From an uncultured Verrucomicrobiae bacterium (GTDB taxonomy: Bacteria; Verrucomicrobiota; Verrucomicrobiia; Palsa-1439), in contig CAWEWF010000006.1 of NCBI GenBank assembly GCA_963812605.1, positions 1 through 64,000 of the forward strand: a stretch of DNA of 64,000 bases. The letters run 5' to 3'. Positions 20,590 to 31,925 of the stretch are shown in pieces. How positions within the stretch are numbered: the stretch's first letter is position 1; every line of letters begins with the position of its first letter. Made by a program: the position numbers and the translations under genes. A model generated the notes under the pieces. The model was not told the DNA's origin, did no database searches, and worked only from the letters and a program-made list of their open reading frames with translations.

Positions 20590-23500
20590 ATGAAAAACAA
20601 ATCTCTTATCATCAGCGCCGTTACCGCATTGCTCCTGGCCGCCCAGGCGTTCCTGCCACTGGCCGCCCGCGCCCAGGACAACAGTTGGACAAATCTATTG
20701 AGCGACAAATGGGAGAACAGTACCAACTGGTCGCTGGGCTTCGCGCCGACCAACACGCAGTCGGACATCCTCATCACCAATACCGCCACGAAAACCGCCA
20801 CCATCGACGCCACCACCTCGGGCACTTTCCCGACCACCCTCACGATCAGCAACCTGCAAGTATTCGCCCCGGCGACTTTCACCAATACCCTGTTCCTCAA
20901 CAGCGCGGGAACGGCGGTTCCCTTGGAAGTGTTGAACGGCCTCACCATCACCAGCGGCGGCGCGTTGGTCGTCACCGATTCCGTCCTCCTTGTCGACGGC
21001 CAGAGCGGGGGCAACTTTTCCGACGACGGAAGCGTGGTGCTTGCTGGTATAAACGGCAGCATTATCGCCACAAATTTCACGACGGATGTGGGCAACTCTG
21101 GCGCCGGCCAATTGACCCTCTCCAATGGCACATGGCTCGCTCGCAAAGTGGTTGTGGGCTTACATACCGGCTCGTCAGGAACCTTGACCCTGGCCGGCGG
21201 CACGAACTCCCTGGTGCTCACGAATAACTTCTTCATAGCTCTCACCGTAGGCTCGAATCCGCAGGCAACGGGTACCGTGTGGGTCACCGGCGGGAATCTC
21301 ATCGCCAGTAACAACCTGGCAACGCTCCTGGGCCAGTCCGGCGTCGGGCAAATGATTGTCAGTAATGGCTCGGTGTCGCTGCCATCCCTGACCCTTGGCT
21401 CCGTGGCTGGTTCCGAGGGCACGTTCACAATGGCCGGTGGAACGTGCAATCTTACGGACCTGGAAGTGGCTTCTCTCGGCAACGGAGCGGTCTGGATGAC
21501 TGGCGGTCAGCTTGCCATCAGCAACGATCTGGGTGTGGGGAATGCCGCGCCGGGACAGATGACCCTCAGCAACGGCACGGTCTCAACATTATTGCTGAAT
21601 GTTGCCGAGAACGGAGGCGCAGATGGAACGTTCACGATGGCCGGCGGAACATGCACGTCCTCGTTTTTTGATGTAGCGAACAGCTCGGGAGCTACCGGAG
21701 CGGTGTGGATCACGGGCGGCCAACTTGTTATCACCAACCAGCATGGGCGTCGGCGGCTTCGGCATGGGCCAGATGACGATATCCAATGGCGCCATCAACG
21801 CCACGAATGTATTCGTCGAAGGGCAGCCGGGCGGTACCTTGACGATCGCAGGCGGGACGGTGCAGAGTTCATCTTTGATAATTGGTGATGATTTCAACAC
21901 CACCGGTGCGGTGTGGGTAACGGGGGGACAACTGGTGGGGACCAACGGCAATTCAACCATCGTGGGGGATAACGGCGCTGGCCAGATGACGGTTTCCAAC
22001 GGAACGGTGCTGCTCCACTTGGTCGAAACCGGCTCGTCCGGGACCATTACCATCGCCGGGGGCACGAATCAGTTCTTCGACTTGTCGATAAGCGAGTTCT
22101 CCAGTTCAACGGGTGCTGTCTGGGTAACCGGCGGCCTCTTGTCAGCGAGTAGCGGACTCAATGTGGGCGCCATGGGTGCCGGCGAAATGACCGTCTCCAA
22201 CGGCACAGTGGTTCTTGGTTCCCTTTTTGTGGGCGCGAATGCGGGTTCTTCCGGCGCCCTGACGGTTGATGGTGGGAGCCTGACCGTCACCAACCCGCTT
22301 ACAACCGCCCTCTTGGTTGTGGGATTTTTCGGCCAGGGAGCGTTGACGCTCAACGGCGGCACGGTCACGACGGAGGCCCTCATCATCACCAACGGTGCGA
22401 ACAGTGTCTTTAACTATAACGGCGGCGCGTTGAATACAGTGGATACCACCGTCGCGAACGGCTCCACATTCGCCGTGGGCGACGGCACTCACGCGGCCAC
22501 GTTCCACCTGCTCGGAGGAGTTCACTCTTTCGCGAATGGCCTGCTCATCTCAACCAACGCTTCGCTCACCGGCTGCGGCACCATCATCGGCGCCGTGGTG
22601 AACCAGGGAACGATTACGAATAATTGCACCACGTTAAACTTCAACAATGTCATCACCAACAATGGCACCATCGTGGTCGGCGCCGGTGCGACCGCGGTAT
22701 TTGACGGCACAGTCGTGAATAACGGCCTGATTGACGCGACGGCTGGGACCGTGGTGTTTTTATCGAACGTCGTGAATAGCGGGACTGTCGACACGAATCA
22801 TGTTCCGGTCGCCAGCTTCAACGGCTCGCCGACCAACGGCGCCTCGCCGTTGACTGTGACCTTCAGCGATACTTCTACCGGCACGATCACCAACCGATCC
22901 TGGATATTCGGGGATGGCGGCACCACAAACACCCTCAACACGACCGTCCTCTACACCTACAATTTCCCCGGCACGGACACGGTCACCTTGATTGTCACCG
23001 GCCCGCTCGGCGCCAGTACAAATACGGTCGTTAATCTCATTGTCGTCACCAACGGTCCGCCACATCTCGTGGTCACGCCCGGCAGCGCCAACTTCGGCCT
23101 ACAGGCAGTGGGCCAAACCGCTACGCAGACGTTCTCCGTTGGCAATACCGGGTTCCAGACGTTGACCGGCACCGCAACCGTGTCGGGTGCGTCCTTCGCG
23201 ATTGTCAGCGGCAGTCCGTTCAGCGTGAACGGCGGGCAAACCGGTCTGGTAAACGTGACTTTCAGCCCCGGAGCCGTCGGTGCCTTCACCGGTTCGGTTC
23301 TGTTCGCCAGCAACGGCGGAGCCTCAAGCAATGCCATAACCGGTTCAGCCGCCATCGCGCCGGCCGCCGGCTTCACCGCCGCCCCGACCAACGGGACCGC
23401 GCCGCTGTTGGTGAATTTCACTGACGCTTCCAGCGGTACGGTCACCAGCAGTGTCTGGGCCTTCGGTGACGGTGGGACGAGCACCCTGACCAGCCCGAGC

Positions 23501-24772
23501 CATTCGTACACCACCGCGGGAACCTTCTCGGTCAGCCTGACGGTATCGGGCCCGCTCGGCTCGAATACACTTATGCTCGCAAACCTGATCACGGTGACGA
23601 ATGTGTTCGTGCCGCCGCCCGTGGCCGCCTTCACCGCCACCCCGACCAACGGCGGCATACCGCTGCTGGTGAACTTCACCGATGCTTCGACCGGCGCGAT
23701 CACCAACCACTCCTGGACCTTTGGTGACGGAGGCGCGAGCGCGGCCGCCAGCCCGAGCCACACGTACTCCATCGCCGGCATCTATTCGGTCGGGCTGACA
23801 GTTTCGGGCCCCGGCGGCTCGAGTGCGACCAACCTCGCGAACCTGATCACGGTGACCAATGTTGTGGGCGTGCCGCCGACGGTGAACATTCTTCGGCCGG
23901 CCAATGGCATGTTGTATCCGCCGGCCACCAACCTGACGATCACCATTGTCGCCAACGCCACCGCCAACGACGGCACCGCGATCACCAAGATCGAATTCTT
24001 TGCCGACGGCAACAAGTTTGCGGAGACCACCTCCAATCCGGGAACCAACTTCCTGCTCAATCCCACGCTCGGCACCCACGTCCTCATGGCGCGCGCCACC
24101 GACGCGGTCGGCGCGACCAATACCGCCACCGCCACGATCACCGTCGGCGCCAAAAACTCGCCCGTGGGCGATTGGGAAGTCACAATCAGTAGCGCTGATA
24201 AGGGAGCCCAGTTCCTGACATTCGAGGATGACTTCACCGCCAGCGGCTATGCGATTCGCTTCAAGACGTTTGGATTGGACCAGGTCTCGGGTCAATGGGG
24301 CTTCGACGCGAAGGGACAGGTGACGGGACCGTTTGTCGAGCAAACCGATGGTGTGACCAACTGGACCGGCACGCTGTCCAGCAAAGTAAAGAGCTTCAAG
24401 AGCGTCATCGGGACCGTGCCGACCTCTGTCGGCACTTTCCACTGGAAGGGCATCCCGGCGACGACGTTCCGGGATCTCAGCGGCACATGGACCGGACTGG
24501 TGACCGTGGCCAAAGTGTCGACGGCGGTGAGCTACGCCATCACCAACAACGCCAGCAATTCGGCTGTTTTCGATATCGCCGCGACCAACGCTCCAGCCAC
24601 GGTGGTGGGACAGTTGCTGGTGACATCACGCAACCAAATTTACGGCTACATCACGTTCGCCAGTAAGCCAATCAACTTCTCGGGCAGCTTCAACGTCCCT
24701 CGCGGTGCGCTGCTATTGAAGGGTACGGACGCAACCGCGGAGAAGGTCACCATCAACCTGTTCCAACAGTAG
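20590..24772 (+). CDS. large secreted protein: beta-solenoid repeats + 3 PKD + ASH/Ig + Big-like domains (frameshift near 21740)
   Basis: Signal peptide; ~50-aa repeats (GQMTVSNGTV...GTxTxAGGT...GAVWxTGG); PKD motifs (PLxVxFxDxSxG..WxFGDG..SHxY); PPTVNILRPANG..KIEFFADG. Confidence 0.85.
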
Positions 24773-24903
24773 ATCCCGGCACCAGTAATGTGCCGGAATA
24801 ACGCCAAACAGAATCAACTGAAAGAGGTTCTGCTCTCTGCCGTATCCACGCTTTTTGCCGCTGCGCCGGTAAAAACTAGTGCTGCGACACAGTTCATTCG
24901 ATG

Positions 24904-24973
24904 GGTAGAGCGCGGTGGCCCACCGCGCCGCGCCAGCGCGGAATCGCGGACGGCTCGGCGAGCCGTCCCTACC
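24904..24973. repeat. GTAG-type REP doublet
   Basis: GGTAGAGCGCGGTGGCCCACCGCGC...GGACGGCTCGGCGAGCCGTCCCTACC. Confidence 0.75.
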
Positions 24974-25004
24974 AACGACCCTGCAAATGAAGCGTGTCGC
25001 ACCA

Positions 25005-25691
25005 CTAGCCGATTGATTTCCGCCGCAACAAGCCCGCTAATCCCAAGACACCAAAACCAACCAGCGCCAGGGTGCCGGGCTCCGGAACGACCGTGTCAGT
25101 AGGCGTGTCAAATCCGAAAAACTCCTGCGGACCACTCGCGCTCATGTCGGTCGGCGTATAAATAACCACGTCGCTGAATTGCGCCGGGGTCAACCCGGGG
25201 CCTGCGGCTACAGCCGCCGCCAGGTAGGTCTGTACCTGCGCTTCGTCGCCGGCGCTCAGGACCGCCCCCGAAACATCCTGCCCCGTCAACAAATCCCACA
25301 CCGCCCAGTTGTAAAGACCTTGGGGATCGGAGTTGCTCGCATTGAACGCGCTGACTCCTTCCAGGAATAAATAGGACCCCTCCAGATAGCCCGCCACGCC
25401 CGCGGCAGGAGATTCCAGGGTTAGCACCGTGTTGGTATCCAGGTTCGCCACGTTAAGCGTAGTGGCAGTCCACTGGTCCCCGGCCACGATGTGTTGGTTG
25501 AAGCTGCTGCACATCAGTTGGTAGGGCCCCCCGCCGTTAATGGTGAAATCGTAGGGAAACGTATACACGCCCCCGGATTGATTGCCCTCCGCCCCGATGA
25601 AACCCATCGCAACGGTACCGGCGCTAGCGATCACCGCCGTGAACGACGTACTGAACAGCAACAAGGAACCAACCAGAAGAGTTTTTTTCAT
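25005..25691 (-). CDS. PEP-CTERM surface protein
   Basis: Signal peptide; VPEPGTLALVGFGVLGLAGLLRRK. Confidence 0.92.
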   Translation of the reverse strand: MKKTLLVGSLLLFSTSFTAVIASAGTVAMGFIGAEGNQSGGVYTFPYDFTINGGGPYQLMCSSFNQHIVAGDQWTATTLNVANLDTNTVLTLESPAAGVAGYLEGSYLFLEGVSAFNASNSDPQGLYNWAVWDLLTGQDVSGAVLSAGDEAQVQTYLAAAVAAGPGLTPAQFSDVVIYTPTDMSASGPQEFFGFDTPTDTVVPEPGTLALVGFGVLGLAGLLRRKSIG

Positions 25692-26103
25692 GGATAGCCT
25701 GTGAATAGGAGTTTGAGTTTAACGTCGTTTTGCTGCTTGGCCTCATGGTTTCCACTTCCGACGAAGCGATCGCGACCAAACAACAAAAACCTCCAGCTTG
25801 GTCGCGCCACCACGCCAGTAAACACAGCGCGGCATTATCGCCAAACGGGGGCGGTGAAGAGACCCAACGAAGAGGCGAAAGCACTCGCAACGCTCTTAAT
25901 CTCTCTCCCCTGGCCGACTCTCGCAAATCCTGCCAGTGCGCCCATAATGCATCTCCGTGTTTGTAATTCAAGGAAAAAGACGGCTAAGGCAGATAAAGTA
26001 AGGGTTCAGCGCCTGACTCTCGACCGCTCACAGAGGTGGGGAAGCGCAAAAAAAGGAATTTGCACCGGCCATCGCACACCGAGGCGTCCAAAAACGTCCG
26101 CCG

Positions 26104-26358
26104 TTAGTGACGAAAATAGCCGGCGGCGCTCAAACGCGCGAGATTCCGCGGGGTGATCGGCTGTTCCGCCCGGGCGAAGAGCGCCTCGATGGCTTCATGC
26201 GCCACGAGATCGATCTGCTCATCGGTAGCTCCGGCTTTCACGGCCATGGCCACCAATTGCTCATACCGCCACGTCGCGCCCTCGAGGATCGCGCCCTTGA
26301 GCGCGAGTAGCGCCAAGCTAAGGGGCGTAAGGGGTCGGTTGGCTCGTGCGGTCTTCAT
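26104..26358 (-). CDS. small hypothetical protein, weakly CMD/AhpD-like
   Basis: AMAVKAGATDEQIDLV motif; 84 aa from the internal ATG. Confidence 0.5.
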   Translation of the reverse strand: MKTARANRPLTPLSLALLALKGAILEGATWRYEQLVAMAVKAGATDEQIDLVAHEAIEALFARAEQPITPRNLARLSAAGYFRH

Positions 26359-26432
26359 CTCGCCGGGCAAAATAGCAATACCCGCGCCAAGTTCTTCCGC
26401 CAGAGAGAAAAAAGAACGCCGCCACCCCGCAA

Positions 26433-29400
26433 TTAGTGCGTGATTATCACGCCGCCAGGCAGTGTGACCGAAGACGGCGGCTGGTTGGATTGCTGACCGA
26501 TTATTTGCTGGAACCGCGCCTGCTGCCGGCAATTATCCAAACGCGGGTCGCGACGAATCGTCTCGAGAACATGCCGGCTCGCGTCGTCCAGCGCAACCGC
26601 GCGCTCCAGCGCCGCCACCGCCGCGTCGCAATTCTTTCGCGCGCATTGCACGACGCCCAGATTGTACCAGGCCACCTGGTTTTGCGGATAACGCTGCGTC
26701 ATGACCGCCAGCAGGTCGGTCGCCCGATCCAATCGTCCCAGCCCCAGGTAGCGCTGCGCAATTTGCAGGAACGTTTCGGGAGGCAAATTCGGGCCGCCGA
26801 GCAGCGCGGTGACGACTCCATCGATGGCCTCCGTTCGCTGATGCCGGGCGTAGGAATCGATCAACAGCAGCGCCAGCGACAGGTCGCCGGGCTGCGCCGC
26901 ATACTCCTGTTCCAACCCGTGTTCCTCGGCCGTCTGGCGCTTCAATTCCTGGACGACCCGGATCGCTTCGCGAATCCGCAGGTTGTACCGGTCACGCCTT
27001 TGGTACTCTTCGAGGACCGCGTCGGCATCATCAAACCGGCCGGCGCCCACATAGAGTTGCGCGAGCCGAAAGTTTCCATCGGGACCGTCGGGACAGAGGG
27101 CAATCGCCTGCTTGTAGGCATACTCCGCTTCCGCGGCCATCTGACGGAACGCGTAAAGGCCGCCGATGGCCGAGCGCAGCTTGGCAAATGTCTCTTCCGC
27201 CGCGTTGTCGCGGTTGAAGCGCGGATCGTGGTGCAGGTCCTCGAACAGCGCGTCCCAATATTCGCGATCGCGCGCGACCGTCTCGGGCGTAATTTCCGGC
27301 AGCGGATCGCGGTTGATCTTCAAAATAATCCCATACGGCTCCAGGTAAGGATACAACCAGGGAATGGGGTAGCTCTCCTCGATGTAAAGCGCATGCTGCT
27401 CCTTGTTATGGTCGAACACCTCCCGGATAACATAGCCGTTGACAGCCATGACACTCGCCAGCCCCTGCACATTGACGCGACCGTCTTTGACTGTCACGTC
27501 TTCGCCCGGCTGGCGCGGGCGCGTGCGCAGTTCATTCAGATACCCTTGAAAAGCCATCTGGAGATCATTCTCTTCTGGCACCCAGATCGGTTCCTGCGGG
27601 TACGCTTCCCTGCGCCCCAGGTGTTGCCATGCAAAATCAAACAATGCGCCCTGCCAACCGGTGCGGTCCTTCACTGTCCCTGGATTTCTCGGGTCAGGCC
27701 GGCCCATGCCGTAATGGTCACGGACGGAATGCATGTAGGTTCGGTCCGCAAGCGCGTTCTGCGTGAGGATGTAAACATCGCGGCGATCGAACGTGCCGCT
27801 CTCGGGGAATTGGGCCAGTTGGGTCCTGGCGCGCGGCGACACCTGGCTCTCGACGTAAATCATGTACGTCGGCACGAAGCGGCCCGGGTCCGTGCCGCCA
27901 AACAGAATCGCCCCCTTCTCCATCTCGGGATAGCCGCTGCCGGGTTTGAACATCCGATAGCCAAATTGATAGCCGAAATCATGGTCGCGTTGCTCGTTGT
28001 CCGCCCAGTTGAGCGCGACGGACACGAGCGGGAGGGCCGACACGAGCAGGGCCAGCGGCAGCGCGGCTCCCTGAAGTTGCGGGTTCTCGGTGAAGAGATA
28101 ACCCGATCCGAGAATCAAGCCATACCCGATCCACAGGGCGTAGATGCAATGACAGGGCATAAAGAAAACGCGGTCGGTGAACAGCTTCTGCTTCCCAACA
28201 CTTGGGTTGGAAAAAAAGATATAGTCCAACCCCAGGAAAAGGAATGCGACCAACAGGAAGACCAGCCAGTCCCGATCCTCACGCGCCAAATCCCGGAAAA
28301 AGAACAGCGCCAGCCAGGGCAACCAGGGCGTACACGATATTGAACTGCGCCTTGAGGTCGTCGAAGAACATGTTGACCTGGCCCCAGAACTGCAACGCAG
28401 TGCGCTCCGGGCGGACTTTCTCGTATTGACCGCGCAGAAAGTGGTGAAAGAACTCGGTTGGTATGCGGGTGTAGCCCCAATTCATTGGCGGATTCGTCGC
28501 GGACGACAACGGCAGGTAACCATACGCCGCCAACCCGAGAAGTACCGCGCCATACGTCGCGATTGCCGGCCGCCACATCTGCATCAATCCCGGCCCCTCC
28601 CTCCACAGCAGGTACAACCATATCCCCGCGCCAACCCCGTGCGCCAGGGTCCATGCCGCTGAGAATGCTCCCTGGTGGATCAGGCTGCCCGACGTCACGA
28701 TCATTTTTATGACACCGAGTATGATCACCAACAAAATCGGCGCGAGCATGCTCCGTCCCAGCTTCCGGTCCGCAAACCAGACGAACGTTGGGAAAGCTAC
28801 CGTCAACAACACCAGCGTCTGGTGGTTCGTCAGGCCCACTCCCCACAAAAATGCCGCCAGGTAAAGCTGCCCGCGCCGTTCCGTCTCGAAACTCCAGCGA
28901 TACAACAGCGTCAGCGTTGCCATCAGGAAAAACGCGTTCAAGCTGTGCACCTCGGTGATCACTGACTGTGACCACATCATGGGGGAAAACGCCAATAGCA
29001 GCGACGCGGCCACCGAACTGGCGAGGATGATCGGTGGCAGGACATTTTCGTTCTCGATCCGCTGCAGGAACCCGCACCGGGACGCCATCACGCGCCCGCT
29101 TTTCGAGATCAGCAGAGCCGCGAAGCCGACGGCCAGTGCGCCAAGGAATGCGGACAGCAAATTTACGCGCCAGGCGACGCTGCCAAAGGGAATAATCCAT
29201 TGCCAAGCCCACGCGAGCATCGCCCAAACCGGATAACCCGGCGGATGCGGCACGCCCAGATTGTGCGCTGCGGTCAGAAAACCGCCCGAATCCTCCAGCG
29301 TCACGCTCGGCGCCAATGTGTACCAGTAGACCGCAAAAGTCAGGACAGTCGCGATTCCGAACGCCAGCTTGTCGCGGACGCCAAAGAATGCCGCTGATTC

Positions 29401-29433
29401 TGTCGTCCCGGTTGGCTCTGGGAAATCACTCAT
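26433..29433 (-). CDS. DUF2723/TMEM260-like GT-C protein glycosyltransferase with C-terminal TPRs (frameshift near 28320)
   Basis: TLAPSVTLEDSGGF..LGVPHPPGYP, WSQSVITEVHSLN, GLTNHQ, NPPMNWG; GGTDPGRFVPTYM; TPRs. Confidence 0.88.
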
Positions 29434-29476
29434 GGTGTTAAGGCCTGGCGCGTGCGCTTAAGGGCCGCGGCCGTCC

Positions 29477-30229
29477 TCACTTCTTGGTCTTCGGTTTGGC
29501 GTGCGGCTTGCGTCGAAATCCGTGCATCAATGCCAGTGACCACACCATCCAGAGCGCCTCGCGAACGATGTGGCCGGACATTTTGGATTGGCCCGCGTAG
29601 CGGTCAGTGAACGTAATGGGAATCTCACGGACCCGAAACCCCTTCATCCATACTTTATGTGTCATCTCAATCTGGAAGGCGTAGCCGTTGCTCCGCACCT
29701 CATCGAGGCCGATCGTTTCCAGGACAACCCGGCGGAAGCATTTGAAACCTCCCGTCGGGTCATGCACCGGCAACCCGGTAAGGATTCTGACATAGTACGA
29801 AGCCCCTTTGCTCAAAATCAGGCGCGAGAGCGGCCAGTTCACGACGCGGATGCCGTCGATGTAACGCGAGCCCAGCACGAGGTCGGCTTCCTGTATCGCT
29901 TTCAACATATTCGGGATCTCGCGGGGGTCGTGGGAAAAATCCGCGTCCATCTCGATGAGGTAGGCGTAATCACGCGCCAGGCCCCATTTGAACCCGGCAA
30001 TGTACGCCGTGCCCAGGCCCAGCTTCCCCGCCCGGCTCAACAAATGCGCGCGCGGATTGGCCTGCGTCATCTCGGTCACGATGGCCGCGGTGCCGTCGGG
30101 CGAGTTATCATCCACCACCAGTACGTCGAGATTCGGGGACTGGGACAACACCAGCTCGACGATCGAGCGGATGTTCTCCTTCTCATTGTACGTCGGAATA
30201 ATGACCAGGGCCCGTTCGTCTTGCGCCAC
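29477..30229 (-). CDS. polyprenol-monophosphomannose synthase-like GT2 (Dpm1/Ppm1)
   Basis: IIPTYNEKENI, VDDNSPDGT, GLGTAYIAGF, EMDADFSH, GYAFQIE. Confidence 0.92.
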   Translation of the reverse strand: MAQDERALVIIPTYNEKENIRSIVELVLSQSPNLDVLVVDDNSPDGTAAIVTEMTQANPRAHLLSRAGKLGLGTAYIAGFKWGLARDYAYLIEMDADFSHDPREIPNMLKAIQEADLVLGSRYIDGIRVVNWPLSRLILSKGASYYVRILTGLPVHDPTGGFKCFRRVVLETIGLDEVRSNGYAFQIEMTHKVWMKGFRVREIPITFTDRYAGQSKMSGHIVREALWMVWSLALMHGFRRKPHAKPKTKK

Positions 30230-30230
30230 G

Positions 30231-31925
30231 CTATTTCGTCTCCTTCACAAACCGCGGATTGGCCAGCACCAGGTAGATGCCCTGGTGAAATACCACCGGC
30301 CATTTCTCTTGTTGTGTTTGCTGGATCACTTCCCGTACGCCCCGCAGGCCCATGGTATACACCGCATCGATGCCCACAGGCAACTGCGCGGTTCGCCCGT
30401 CGGGAAGCAGCCGCTGCTCGACTCCGTACTCCAACACGAGGAACTTCGCCTCCGGTAGCCGGCAGTCGAACCAATAAAGCTCCTCCGGAATGTGCGCGGG
30501 CACCGGCATGTCATTGTCCACGCCTTCGTAACGCGCGCAAAACGTCAGCATGCTCCGCCGGTCGCAGCGCGCCAGCCAGTAAATCTGCTTCGGGACAATC
30601 ACGAAATCATCTTTCGCCGTGTGCGCGTTCACGTACGCCATGGCCGCCTCGGCGTCCGTCACCGACTGCTGGGCCCACATGTCGATGCGGGTATGAAAAT
30701 GGTCCCACGCGCCGGAAGCCGACTGCAGGCCGAAGCCGGCAAGCACGATAATGGCGACCGTCGTCGCCATCGCCTCCTTTGATTTTCCCGCAAGTTTTTT
30801 TGCCAACTCCCCAGCCCACGTCAGCGCGCCGGCAAAACCCACCGCCATCAGCGGCAGGAAGATCGTCGCGGGATAGAAGAACAACGGAACGTTATTGAGC
30901 TTCTTGAACACGCCGTACATCAGCACCAGCAGCCAAAACGGCACCCACAGTCGCAGTCGCCAATCACGCGTCGGCAAAAACACAAACCCGACCGTCGCCA
31001 CGGTCAGCCACCAATCCTGTCCCTGCGGCAAATTCATCGGAACAAGCTGTCCGGCTGGACCTGCCGGGACGAGCTGCAGCACAATCTTCGTCGGCGTCTT
31101 GAAACCAAGCGTCCACACGTTCTCAATGAATCGCTCCACCTCGCCGCCAAAAGTCGGGCGCGCCTCGTTGTTCGCGATGCTCGTCAATCGCCCCACCTGC
31201 GTCATCAATTGTCCCCAGCCGTGCGCCGCGCTGTACCACAGCACAAACAAACCCGCGTACGCGCACGCCAGCGCACCGGCGACGATCACATCCCGCCACG
31301 CGCGCGGCGATTTCCATTCGCGCCAATTCACCACCGCCACCGTCGCGACCACCGCCCCAACCAATGGATACGTGAAATAATTCGTCGCCGTCGCCAGCGA
31401 GCAGAATATTCCCGCCCACGCCGCGTCCCGCAGCCGCTTTTCCTGGACGTAACGAACCAGAAATCCGACGGATGCCAGCGCCCAGGTTCCTGCCATCGGG
31501 TGGGAACGCACCCAGCGGAAATTGATGTTCGCTTCGGAGTAAACCAGGAACGCCGCCGCGCAAAGAAAACCGAAGTTCTTGTCGCGAAGACGCGTCCCAA
31601 TCCAAAATAGCAGCGCCGCGGCAGCCAGCGCGGTCACTGCGCCCAGCGCGCGCGCCACGACAATGTCGTTGCCGAACACGCGCAGCAACGCGCCGTTCAC
31701 CGCCATGTAGAGCGGCGGGTACGGGTACGGGAAAATGTAGTCAATAGTGATCGGCCCGGCCCGCGGCGTCCCGTGGATGAACGTCCAGCACTTCTCCATC
31801 CACTCCCCCTCGTCGCCGTACCAGTTCGGGTTCGTCCGCAGGTTCGGGAGAAACAGCAGCGCCCACAATACCACCAGCCCGACGGCGATGTTACGCTCCC
31901 ATTTTGTCTGGAAAGGCAGTTTCAT
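30231..31925 (-). CDS. GT-C (ArnT/PMT_2-like) membrane glycosyltransferase
   Basis: WYGDEG in first loop, YPPLY, multiple TMs, periplasmic C-terminal domain. Confidence 0.8.
   Translation of the reverse strand: MKLPFQTKWERNIAVGLVVLWALLFLPNLRTNPNWYGDEGEWMEKCWTFIHGTPRAGPITIDYIFPYPYPPLYMAVNGALLRVFGNDIVVARALGAVTALAAAALLFWIGTRLRDKNFGFLCAAAFLVYSEANINFRWVRSHPMAGTWALASVGFLVRYVQEKRLRDAAWAGIFCSLATATNYFTYPLVGAVVATVAVVNWREWKSPRAWRDVIVAGALACAYAGLFVLWYSAAHGWGQLMTQVGRLTSIANNEARPTFGGEVERFIENVWTLGFKTPTKIVLQLVPAGPAGQLVPMNLPQGQDWWLTVATVGFVFLPTRDWRLRLWVPFWLLVLMYGVFKKLNNVPLFFYPATIFLPLMAVGFAGALTWAGELAKKLAGKSKEAMATTVAIIVLAGFGLQSASGAWDHFHTRIDMWAQQSVTDAEAAMAYVNAHTAKDDFVIVPKQIYWLARCDRRSMLTFCARYEGVDNDMPVPAHIPEELYWFDCRLPEAKFLVLEYGVEQRLLPDGRTAQLPVGIDAVYTMGLRGVREVIQQTQQEKWPVVFHQGIYLVLANPRFVKETK

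Noticed and set aside
25692-26100. Riboswitch in the long leader of the second PEP-CTERM gene
   Set aside because: A CGCGACCAA/TTGGTCGCG hairpin exists, but no c-di-GMP, SAM, TPP or cobalamin consensus could be recognised.
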